28,286 bases of DNA from an uncultured Pseudomonadales bacterium (GTDB taxonomy: Bacteria > Pseudomonadota > Gammaproteobacteria > Pseudomonadales > Pseudohongiellaceae), in assembly GCA_938082955.1 (NCBI GenBank), contig CALKDE010000267.1:1-28286 (forward strand), read 5' to 3'. Position numbers and translations under genes: made by a program. Positions 16,271 through 23,286 of this stretch are shown here, one piece after another; the first letter of the stretch is position 1, and each line of letters opens with the position of its first letter. The notes under the pieces are model-generated. The model searched no databases. It worked only from the letters and a program-made list of their open reading frames with translations, and was not told where the DNA came from.

Positions 16271-16378
16271 CGTCTATTGTTATCCGATTCAACCGGATTA
16301 AAACTAGGGAGCTTTCTAACTCCCCGCAAAAACACAAATCTATACTTTTCCTCTTTCTAGAGGGTTTCAACAAATTTT

Positions 16379-16543
16379 CTACTCCCAGTGCCTCACTTCT
16401 ATTTTACCCAGGCACTCTATGTATCTGCATCGCTTGCAGATCCGCAGCTCCCGCGGAAATTCTGTGCCTGCACTAAATCTCGAATAATAATGCCAGTCGT
16501 GGATTTCCAAAAAGCAAAGAACAGTAAGTAAAAACTCACGCAC
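16379..16543 (-). CDS. 54-aa Cys/His zinc-finger-like protein
   Basis: Read manually: MREFLLTVLCFLEIHDWHYY...RICKRCRYIEC...; C-x4-HDW...CxxC pattern of small phage proteins. Confidence 0.6.
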   Translation of the reverse strand: MREFLLTVLCFLEIHDWHYYSRFSAGTEFPRELRICKRCRYIECLGKIEVRHWE

Positions 16544-16554
16544 TAAAACTATTC

Positions 16555-16770
16555 TCACTCTTCTAATTGCGAATCTATCGCAACGTGTTCTTTTTTAACA
16601 GAAAAAGTTATCTTTTTAACCTCGCCGCCGACAATTTCCAGACGCGCCTCTGGATGTTCTTTTTGAATCTGACTTACCCACCCTTGGGACCGCCCAAAGA
16701 CGCGCCCCAACTGTTTTTGTGAAACTGTCTTTAAAAATGTCTTGATCTGGATACGTCCGTCCCTAGCCAT
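16555..16770 (-). CDS. cro: Cro-like HTH repressor
   Basis: RIQIKTF...SQKQLGRVFGRSQGWVSQ helix-turn-helix then a beta-rich tail as in lambda Cro; first gene of the operon leading to the initiator; AAGGA SD. Confidence 0.72.
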   Translation of the reverse strand: MARDGRIQIKTFLKTVSQKQLGRVFGRSQGWVSQIQKEHPEARLEIVGGEVKKITFSVKKEHVAIDSQLEE

Positions 16771-16794
16771 TATTAGATATCCTTAATATTTTGT

Positions 16795-16823
16795 TTGCTA
16801 AGGTATTTATAATGCCTTATACT
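16795..16823 (+). promoter_or_regulatory. Sigma70 promoter for the recombination operon
   Basis: TTGCTA-17 nt-TATACT. Confidence 0.75.
16799..16819. promoter_or_regulatory. Operator-like palindrome
   Basis: TAAGGTATTTATAATGCCTTA; arms TAAGG-n-ATT and AAT-n-CCTTA. Confidence 0.6.
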
Positions 16824-16837
16824 GATTTTAGTTTCAA
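16809..16837 (-). promoter_or_regulatory. Candidate sigma70 promoter for the cro operon, overlapping the opposite promoter
   Basis: Minus strand TTGAAA-17 nt-CATTAT. Confidence 0.55.
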
Positions 16838-16858
16838 CTAATGCTTAGGAGAAATATC

Positions 16859-17137
16859 ATGAAAGACGCTATTCAACTGTACGAAGACAACTGCCCGGTA
16901 AGTCTGTGCCAGCACGAGGCGATACAAGACGCGATTCACGACATCATTGTCCTTCTAAAGAGGGGCCAGCCCGTCAGCATCCAAGCGATTAAGACCAGAG
17001 ATTCTGTCTTCGGAGCTTCGATAGTTGAGGCTATTCAGTGTGTGGTCGAGGATTTCGAGGCCGAGTTCAACAGCGATGTTGCGTTCGAGACACTAACTGA
17101 GTTGGATGAAGAAGCTGCTGAAAAGAGGGGAGCGTAA
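16859..17137 (+). CDS. Hypothetical acidic 92-aa early protein
   Basis: AGGAG SD before ATG 16859; D/E-rich C-terminal half. Confidence 0.75.
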   Translation: MKDAIQLYEDNCPVSLCQHEAIQDAIHDIIVLLKRGQPVSIQAIKTRDSVFGASIVEAIQCVVEDFEAEFNSDVAFETLTELDEEAAEKRGA

Positions 17138-17436
17138 TGAACGAATCAAAAGAAATAGAGGTTTTTTGCCTTTACAGTCTCGATGCAGATATTGAGATTC
17201 TGAACACCAGAGACCTGTCGGTAGATGGGTATTTCACTGGCGAGTATATTCTTGTTGGCAAGGGGACATGTGTTCTGGATCCAGTAGACGCGGACCTTAA
17301 TGCTGAACTGGTTAAGGGTCTGGAGAAGACTATCCAGAAAGAACGCGCAGACTCTCAGGTTCGCATCGAAAGGATTGAAGAGAAGATCCAATCTCTTATT
17401 GCTATAGAGAACCACTCGGAGGTGGAAAGTGAATAA
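17137..17436 (+). CDS. Hypothetical phage protein with C-terminal coiled coil
   Basis: TAATG coupling; ERA....RIE.IEEKIQSLIAI pattern. Confidence 0.75.
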   Translation: MNESKEIEVFCLYSLDADIEILNTRDLSVDGYFTGEYILVGKGTCVLDPVDADLNAELVKGLEKTIQKERADSQVRIERIEEKIQSLIAIENHSEVESE

Positions 17437-17713
17437 AATAATTAACATTCAGCCATTCAGAATCAAACGCATGGCGAATAATCATGATGCTTTTAGGATA
17501 GCTAGTGCCTTAATGGCGGTGGAAGATCAGATCGAAAAGTTGGAGCAGGAACATCAAAAGTCTGTTGTTGGTGACTTCATCGATGGGCAATCAGACTGCA
17601 AAGACGGCATCCCTCATCAGTCAGGCAAGAGCGAGAACTACGACCGAGGCTATTCCGCGCAGTACCAATTGGATCAGATGAACACCGAGAGAACATCAGG
17701 GGAGGATCGATAG
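17429..17713 (+). CDS. Hypothetical protein
   Basis: Overlap-coupled; GGAGG upstream; DFIDGQSDC.DG...YDRGY motif. Confidence 0.65.
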   Translation: MNKIINIQPFRIKRMANNHDAFRIASALMAVEDQIEKLEQEHQKSVVGDFIDGQSDCKDGIPHQSGKSENYDRGYSAQYQLDQMNTERTSGEDR

Positions 17714-18225
17714 TGAGCATCAATAACCTAGCTGCACACTTCAGCCCTCTGGATATTGAGTGGAGAATTCAGAGCTCTGGATTTAAAGACGGAAAGCCTT
17801 GGGCAATGGTCCTGGCCTATGTCACAAACAGGGCGATCATGAATCGGCTGGACGAGGTCTGCACTCCATTTGGTTGGAAGAATGAGTTCCGCGTTGATTC
17901 TGACGGCGCGATCATGTGCGGTATATCCTGCAAGCGCAAGGATGAGTGGGTTACGAAATGGGATGGTGCTGATGCTACTGACATCGAGGCGATCAAGGGG
18001 GGTCGCTCAAACGCCATGAAGAGGGCGGGAGTGCAATGGGGTATAGGAAGGTATCTGTATAACCTAGACTCCAGCTTTGCTGAAACGCAGCTTGGGAGAC
18101 CGCCTGCCCATGAAAAACCATTGTGGAATAAGCACTTCGACAGAAAAGAGAATAAGGCATTTTTCTGGAAGACTCCAAACCTACCAACCTGGGCGCTACC
18201 AAAGCCCGACAAGGGGCAATCATAA
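17713..18225 (+). CDS. Rad52/Sak-family single-strand annealing protein
   Basis: IEWRIQ, LAYVTNRAIMNRLDEV...W.NEF, W..KWDGA...IEAIKGG.SNAMKRA.VQWGIGRYLY. Confidence 0.9.
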   Translation: MSINNLAAHFSPLDIEWRIQSSGFKDGKPWAMVLAYVTNRAIMNRLDEVCTPFGWKNEFRVDSDGAIMCGISCKRKDEWVTKWDGADATDIEAIKGGRSNAMKRAGVQWGIGRYLYNLDSSFAETQLGRPPAHEKPLWNKHFDRKENKAFFWKTPNLPTWALPKPDKGQS

Positions 18226-18899
18226 TGAACATATTTCTAGACATCGAAACGATTCCGCAACAGTCTGAATCTGAAACCAAGGCTGAGATTGCAAGCACTA
18301 TCAAGCATCCTGTGCAGATGAAAAAGCCTGAAACTATTTCTGCCTGGCACAACGGGGAGGGATCCTACGCTGGAGTTAAGGAGGCTCTGATCGATGATAG
18401 TTATCGCAAGACTTCGTTCGATGGCGCTAAGGGTCAAATCTGCTCGATAGCGTATGCCTTTGAAGATAACGATCCCATGGCATGGGCTCAAGAACAGGGG
18501 GTTGATGAGGAGACACTTCTCCTTGAGTTCTCCGATCAGCTACGAGCTGACCTGACGGGGCGCCCACCGTTTTTTATCGGACACTACATCTCAGGATTTG
18601 ATTTAGCCTTTCTGTGGAAGCGTTGCGTCATCAATCGCGTTATTCCGGGATTCAAAATTCCTCACATAGGCCGACACGACAAAGACTACTTTGACACAAT
18701 GATCGCCTGGGCCGGATACAAGGACCGCATCTCTCAGGACGCTTTGTGCCAAGCGCTAGGCATCGAGGGCAAGCCGGACGGGATCGATGGGTCCAAGGTG
18801 TGGGACTTCTTTAAAGAGGGAAGGATCGAAGAGATCAAGGCCTACAACATTGATGACGTTCTAAAAGTCAGAAAAATCTATAACAGGATTGCAAGTTAA
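18225..18899 (+). CDS. DnaQ/PolB-type 3'-5' exonuclease
   Basis: ExoI FLDIETIP, ExoII GHYISGFDLAFL, ExoIII YNIDDV. Confidence 0.85.
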   Translation: MNIFLDIETIPQQSESETKAEIASTIKHPVQMKKPETISAWHNGEGSYAGVKEALIDDSYRKTSFDGAKGQICSIAYAFEDNDPMAWAQEQGVDEETLLLEFSDQLRADLTGRPPFFIGHYISGFDLAFLWKRCVINRVIPGFKIPHIGRHDKDYFDTMIAWAGYKDRISQDALCQALGIEGKPDGIDGSKVWDFFKEGRIEEIKAYNIDDVLKVRKIYNRIAS

Positions 18900-18903
18900 G
18901 CGA

Positions 18904-18970
18904 GTCGGACGCGGGAGGCTCCCAGGCCTCTCCTAAGCAGGAGACGCTGGCTCTCCCTCCGACAGCCAGC
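18904..18970 (+). ncRNA. Candidate structured cis-RNA (alternative helices or pseudoknot) upstream of the SSB gene
   Basis: GC-rich intergenic island with four complementary pairs (see findings). Confidence 0.5.
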
Positions 18971-19050
18971 AATTAAGTTGATGAACATTGATAGAAGTGT
19001 TGGCTTTGGAAGAAGAAAACAAAGAACTTAAATCAAAAAAGGTAATGGAC

Positions 19051-19392
19051 ATGAGTAAAAAGATAGGTATTAGTTTAAAGATTGATGTCTCGAAGATTGA
19101 TAAAAACCGGCTATTCAAGGGCGCAAAGGGTGTTTACTTAGATTGCACCGCATTCGTAGACCTTGATGATCTTGACCAGTATGGCAACAGCGGAATGATA
19201 ACGCAGGACGTTACTAAAGAAGAGAAGGACTCAGGCACTAAGGGGCCGATCCTTGGCAATAGCAAAATTTTTTGGAAGGGTGAAGGTAAGCAGGCAAGTC
19301 AGAGCGATCAGTATCAAAGCAGTCAGGACAGGCAGGCGCCCATGGCATCTAACCCGCTTATTGATGATTTCAATGACGATGTACCCTTTTAG
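19051..19392 (+). CDS. ssb: Phage single-stranded DNA-binding protein (putative)
   Basis: KIDVSKIDK.RL.KG.KG.YLD, DQYGN.G.I.Q, PILGN; Q/S-rich linker and acidic DDVPF tail; AAGGT SD before ATG 19051. Confidence 0.72.
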   Translation: MSKKIGISLKIDVSKIDKNRLFKGAKGVYLDCTAFVDLDDLDQYGNSGMITQDVTKEEKDSGTKGPILGNSKIFWKGEGKQASQSDQYQSSQDRQAPMASNPLIDDFNDDVPF

Positions 19393-19401
19393 GAGAAAAC
19401 A

Positions 19402-19605
19402 ATGAAAGCTGGCGATTTAAAGGCTAACTATGAATTTGGTGAGGGCAGTATTCGCCTCACCCCTGAGTTTAACTCTGAAAACGCACTTCTGAAAATGGAT
19501 GTATTGGCCGATTGGATTTATGACTTGCAAGAAGAGTATTCCAAGGCAAGATTGGAATTGCACAAAGAATCGGACGAAGCAAGAAAGGCGGTGCTTAATG
19601 GATGA
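19402..19605 (+). CDS. Hypothetical 67-aa protein
   Basis: AGGAG SD; overlaps the next start. Confidence 0.65.
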   Translation: MKAGDLKANYEFGEGSIRLTPEFNSENALLKMDVLADWIYDLQEEYSKARLELHKESDEARKAVLNG

Positions 19606-19972
19606 TCTATTTGATGACATTGAACCCAAAAAGATAGTCAGGGCCACAGATCCTCTATCTTCTAAAATCGCTGCACAAACAACGCCCAGCGGAAAGTCTC
19701 GAACTTTCATCTATGACGAGGTTATTAAGGCTGGATCTAGGGGTGTGACCCTCAAAGAAATTTGCAGTCAGAACGATTTGCAGATGTCTAGTTATAGCAG
19801 TCGGGCCTCGGAGCTGGAGAGGTTGAAACTTGTTCACTACCAGGGTGACCGCCGCGATGGGTCTAGGGTAATGCGATCAAGCAAATCAGAGATAAAGCTG
19901 TGCGGTAAGTGCAGTGGTGTGCTGCTGTCGTTCTATGAGTTCAAGTGCCACTTCCCAGGCTGCGGGGGATGA
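19598..19972 (+). CDS. Winged-HTH protein with a C-terminal Cys cluster
   Basis: VRATDPLSS.IAA, GVTLKEI...SSYSSRASELER, then CGKC...CHFPGC; ATG 19598. Confidence 0.65.
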   Translation: MDDLFDDIEPKKIVRATDPLSSKIAAQTTPSGKSRTFIYDEVIKAGSRGVTLKEICSQNDLQMSSYSSRASELERLKLVHYQGDRRDGSRVMRSSKSEIKLCGKCSGVLLSFYEFKCHFPGCGG

Positions 19973-20088
19973 AGACTATAAGCAAGGGGCAATGGACTCA
20001 GGCAGAGATCAATCGGAAGAAGAAGAAAGAGGATGAGATTCGGGACCGGAAAATGCAGCAAGAATGGCTGAGGAGGAAACTGGCATGA
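19969..20088 (+). CDS. 39-aa basic peptide
   Basis: Read manually: MKTISKGQWTQAEINRKKKKEDEIRDRKMQQEWLRRKLA; ATGA-coupled. Confidence 0.5.
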   Translation: MKTISKGQWTQAEINRKKKKEDEIRDRKMQQEWLRRKLA

Positions 20089-20089
20089 G

Positions 20090-21058
20090 TCAAAACGCAG
20101 CAAACTCTTTGTCGATATTTTCAAGCACAGGATCCCAGTCCTCTCCATCTTTTCTAAATAGCCTCACTGAGTCGTACCACGGCGATGTATTACCTGGCAT
20201 CGCCCAAGTGTAATAGGGCATCTGTGGGATCATTATCCATGTTGGGACTCCCATTGCTGCGCTTAAATGGGCTACCGAAGTGCAGGAGGTAATCATCAAA
20301 TCCATTGACGAGATCAATCCGGCAGTAGCTTCCCAGGTTGCCAAATGGCCGGCTAAGTCAAACTGCGGAAAGTCTAAGTGAAGGTCTGTATCTCTCTGAA
20401 ATGAGTAGAAATCTGCCTTATAATCCCAATCTTCTACAAATTCTTTGATTAGTTTGTAAGGAATCTTTCTAGAGGGCTCTACATCGTTGTTTTGTACGTT
20501 ACCTCCCCACCTGACGCCCACCCTGATACGTCCGCAACTTTCTAGGGTTGGCGTAGCTTTTATGTAAGGTTCGCCTGAGAGCGTCTTGTGAGTGATCCCA
20601 AGGACATAGGACGCAGACATCGCTGGTATCCAATAGTCGTAGTGCAGGTGATCTAGCGCAGAGACGCAGGGGTATCCGTGAGAGGTAAACAGGCCTGCAA
20701 GTGATGGATCACAAAAGATAACGACATTCGCGCCAAGATCACGAAAGTGAGAACAGAAGCGAAAGTTAATAATCTCATCGCCCAGACCGCCCTCCATCCG
20801 CACTACCAAGGTTTTGCCCTGTAGTGGCTCGTCCCGCCAGATTGGACCGGCTATAGGAGGAGATCCAAAAACTTCAATATGTCGGCCTGCGTTTAAACCT
20901 TCCATTCCCTTGAGTAGATCACCATGCCGAATATCGTGCCAGCCTAGATTAAACAGAACACGATTATCGTCTTGGGAAAGGCTCCTCAGTATTTCTTCAG
21001 ACTTTTCTGGAAAACCAGACTTGGAATAGGCCAGCGCCTTATCAAGCGGATCAATCAT
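20090..21058 (-). CDS. TPR-like N-terminus plus GT-B (GT9-like) glycosyltransferase
   Basis: EGGLGDEI..FRF, VGVRWGGN, TAGLISSMDLMITSCTSVAHLSAAMGVPTW, SPWYDSVRLFR. Confidence 0.85.
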   Translation of the reverse strand: MIDPLDKALAYSKSGFPEKSEEILRSLSQDDNRVLFNLGWHDIRHGDLLKGMEGLNAGRHIEVFGSPPIAGPIWRDEPLQGKTLVVRMEGGLGDEIINFRFCSHFRDLGANVVIFCDPSLAGLFTSHGYPCVSALDHLHYDYWIPAMSASYVLGITHKTLSGEPYIKATPTLESCGRIRVGVRWGGNVQNNDVEPSRKIPYKLIKEFVEDWDYKADFYSFQRDTDLHLDFPQFDLAGHLATWEATAGLISSMDLMITSCTSVAHLSAAMGVPTWIMIPQMPYYTWAMPGNTSPWYDSVRLFRKDGEDWDPVLENIDKEFAAF

Positions 21059-22206
21059 CGAATGATAAGGTTTGAAGAATTGGCTGAACTTCCTTTTGTA
21101 TAGGTCGGATAATCGTCAATTTTGATTAAATCATCGTAACTAAGTTCAGCAATACCAAGACCCCACATTCCAGAGGCATTATTCCCAGTGGCCCATAGTT
21201 CACCCGCAGCATTATAAGCAAAAGTGCTTCGATTCGCACAATATACGTTGCTCCAATCGGTCGCTGCGCCAACCTGCACGGGTGAGTTTTTGTTTCCAGG
21301 CAACGGGCCGAGACCCAACTGACCATAGGCGGCATTGCCCCAAGTAAAGATAGTCCCGTCAGTTTTTAAGCCTATCGTGTGCGCCGTCTCGCTAGGCGAT
21401 GGACCTGTTTCAACTTTCGACCAATCAGTTAATGCGCCGATTTGAGTCGGGCTTGATCGGTTTGTAGAATCGCCGACACCTAGCTGTCCAAGATTGTTAT
21501 ACCCCCACGCCCAAAGTGTTCCGTCAGTTTTAACCCCAAAACTAACTTCTGTGCCAGCAGCGACATAGGCCCAGTCAGTTAGTGCGCCGATTTGAATGGG
21601 GCTATCTACTCTGGCAGTTAATCCATTTCCTAGCTGCCCATAATTATTTGTACCCCAGGCCCAAAGGGTTCCGTCAGTTTTTATGGACAGGTTATGTTGA
21701 GTGCCGCATGAAACACTGTAATAATCAGTCGCTACGCCGATTTGCACGGGAGACGATGTGAACACGGGTGCTCCAATATTGCCAAGCTGTCCAGCATTGT
21801 TATACCCCCACGCCCAAAGGGTTCCGTCAGTTTTTATGCACTGAAAAATAGCCCGTCCCGCATTCACTTTCGACCAGTCTGTTAGTGCGCCAACCTGCAC
21901 GGGTGAGCTAACGTCAAGTAGATCGCCCCGCCCATTCATCCCATTTGATGCATCTCCCCACGTCCAGAGCGTATTGTCGGTCCTAATTGCACCAGTTGTG
22001 ACAAAAGTTCCAAAAAGATAACTAGCGGTGGCTAGATCAGACCAGGTGTCCAACGCACCGACCTGGGCCGGAGTAGATATTGTCGTAGTTGTCCCATTTC
22101 CCAACTGACCATAGGTATTATCGCCACAACCGTACAACTCGCCCTGCGTTGAAGGGGGAGCAGAGCCTCCGGCAGCAGCCGCACCCATAAGCCAGAGAAG
22201 ACTCAT
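21055..22206 (-). CDS. RCC1-repeat beta-propeller, likely tail-associated receptor-binding subunit
   Basis: About seven ~50-aa repeats KTDGTLWAWGxNxxGQLG...SPxQIG..TDW. Confidence 0.9.
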   Translation of the reverse strand: MSLLWLMGAAAAGGSAPPSTQGELYGCGDNTYGQLGNGTTTTISTPAQVGALDTWSDLATASYLFGTFVTTGAIRTDNTLWTWGDASNGMNGRGDLLDVSSPVQVGALTDWSKVNAGRAIFQCIKTDGTLWAWGYNNAGQLGNIGAPVFTSSPVQIGVATDYYSVSCGTQHNLSIKTDGTLWAWGTNNYGQLGNGLTARVDSPIQIGALTDWAYVAAGTEVSFGVKTDGTLWAWGYNNLGQLGVGDSTNRSSPTQIGALTDWSKVETGPSPSETAHTIGLKTDGTIFTWGNAAYGQLGLGPLPGNKNSPVQVGAATDWSNVYCANRSTFAYNAAGELWATGNNASGMWGLGIAELSYDDLIKIDDYPTYTKGSSANSSNLIIR

Positions 22207-22352
22207 TTTGCAGGTACTCTTTCTAGCCCCAACTGGACCATTAGGGCATCATCCCACCGAGCTGAGTCGGCAGGGAAAAGAGTCGTTTTAAAACAATGAC
22301 GTACCTGTCGAGGGGTAAGAATTTCACCAGTGGCAATAATTTTATATTTCAT
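22203..22352 (-). CDS. 49-aa tail-associated protein
   Basis: Read manually: MKYKIIATGEILTPRQVRHCFKTTLFPADSARWDDALMVQLGLERVPAK; ATGA-coupled on both sides. Confidence 0.65.
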   Translation of the reverse strand: MKYKIIATGEILTPRQVRHCFKTTLFPADSARWDDALMVQLGLERVPAK

Positions 22353-23245
22353 GTAACCACCTCGAAGTCCTTTAACGGAACAACGGTTATTTTGCTCTCC
22401 GAATAGACGCTAAGAATAAATATGTCTAGCCCGTCAACTGTGTAGGTCGGAGGATTATCCGCAGAGCGAACATAGACTGTATACCCAACCTCTGGGCTGA
22501 GAGTGATTCCAAAATTACCCGCGTCCTGAATGGCAAGCATTATACTCTGACCAATTCCCGACCCAATAGCCGGTAGATTAGAGAATTCAATAGTGTTCGC
22601 TTCAGTGTTTGTGTAGGAAAAATATTGCCCATTCTGCCAGTCTAGAGAGACCACGCCGCCGACAATAGTTAGTGGCTGGACCTTTCCTGTATAATATCCT
22701 GCGTAAGTATTATTAACCGAAGACAGCGAGTCGGCGGCCAGGGCAGAGTCGGTAAGGGTTACTTTAAGCTCGCCTGCAGAGGTTATTTGAAGTTCATCTC
22801 CCGCCGAGTCGAGGTAGAATAGTTCAACAATACCGTTAATAGTCTTGCTGTATACCTGGCCTGCGCCGGCCACAATTGATGGAGTGGCTCCCGCGTTAAG
22901 AGTGATGCCAGATGCGACAACAGAAGATCCTGATACGACACTCGGAAAATAATACTGCTGCACATCCTGAGAATTGAGGATAGACATCGAGAAGTTTTGA
23001 CTTGTGCGAAGTTGAACCACTGAACCGTTATAGGTAAATAGTCCACCGGAATTCAAGACAAAGGGCTGTGAGGCGGCAGGTATAACAATCGAAACACCGC
23101 TCTCTTGAACTATCGTTACATCAATTCGATTGCCTAGAACAGTGGGATCCAGATCAACTTCGCCAATATAGACTTTACCAAGGGCAACGACATCATTGCC
23201 CGTAGCTGTGGGGAATCTCCCCGTAGGAAAAGTAACTTCTGGCAT
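22349..23245 (-). CDS. Short tail fibre/adaptor with a P22 tailspike head-binding domain
   Basis: VALGKVYIGEVDLDP....RIDV, QPFVLNSGG..TYNG..VQL.T....SMSI match the P22 gp9 N-terminal domain; only 298 aa, no beta-helix. Confidence 0.88.
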   Translation of the reverse strand: MPEVTFPTGRFPTATGNDVVALGKVYIGEVDLDPTVLGNRIDVTIVQESGVSIVIPAASQPFVLNSGGLFTYNGSVVQLRTSQNFSMSILNSQDVQQYYFPSVVSGSSVVASGITLNAGATPSIVAGAGQVYSKTINGIVELFYLDSAGDELQITSAGELKVTLTDSALAADSLSSVNNTYAGYYTGKVQPLTIVGGVVSLDWQNGQYFSYTNTEANTIEFSNLPAIGSGIGQSIMLAIQDAGNFGITLSPEVGYTVYVRSADNPPTYTVDGLDIFILSVYSESKITVVPLKDFEVVT

Positions 23246-23286
23246 GGTTTTATTCCTGTATAATTATCTTGTGAAACTAATTGGTA

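Noticed and set aside
16165-16324. Lambda-type nut site (CGCTCTTA boxA-like, GGGAGU-UAGAAA-GCUCCC boxB-like)
   Set aside because: The boxA-like word lies downstream of both the hairpin and the terminator, the wrong order, is explained by the 12-bp stem, and no N-like gene is visible
18904-18970. tRNA or known ribozyme
   Set aside because: No T-loop, D-loop or CCA; no hammerhead core (CUGAUGA/GAAA); helix order does not fit an HDV-like fold
21482-21834. Diversity-generating retroelement TR/VR pair
   Set aside because: Mismatches are not adenine-specific, both copies are coding blades, and there is no reverse transcriptase in the window
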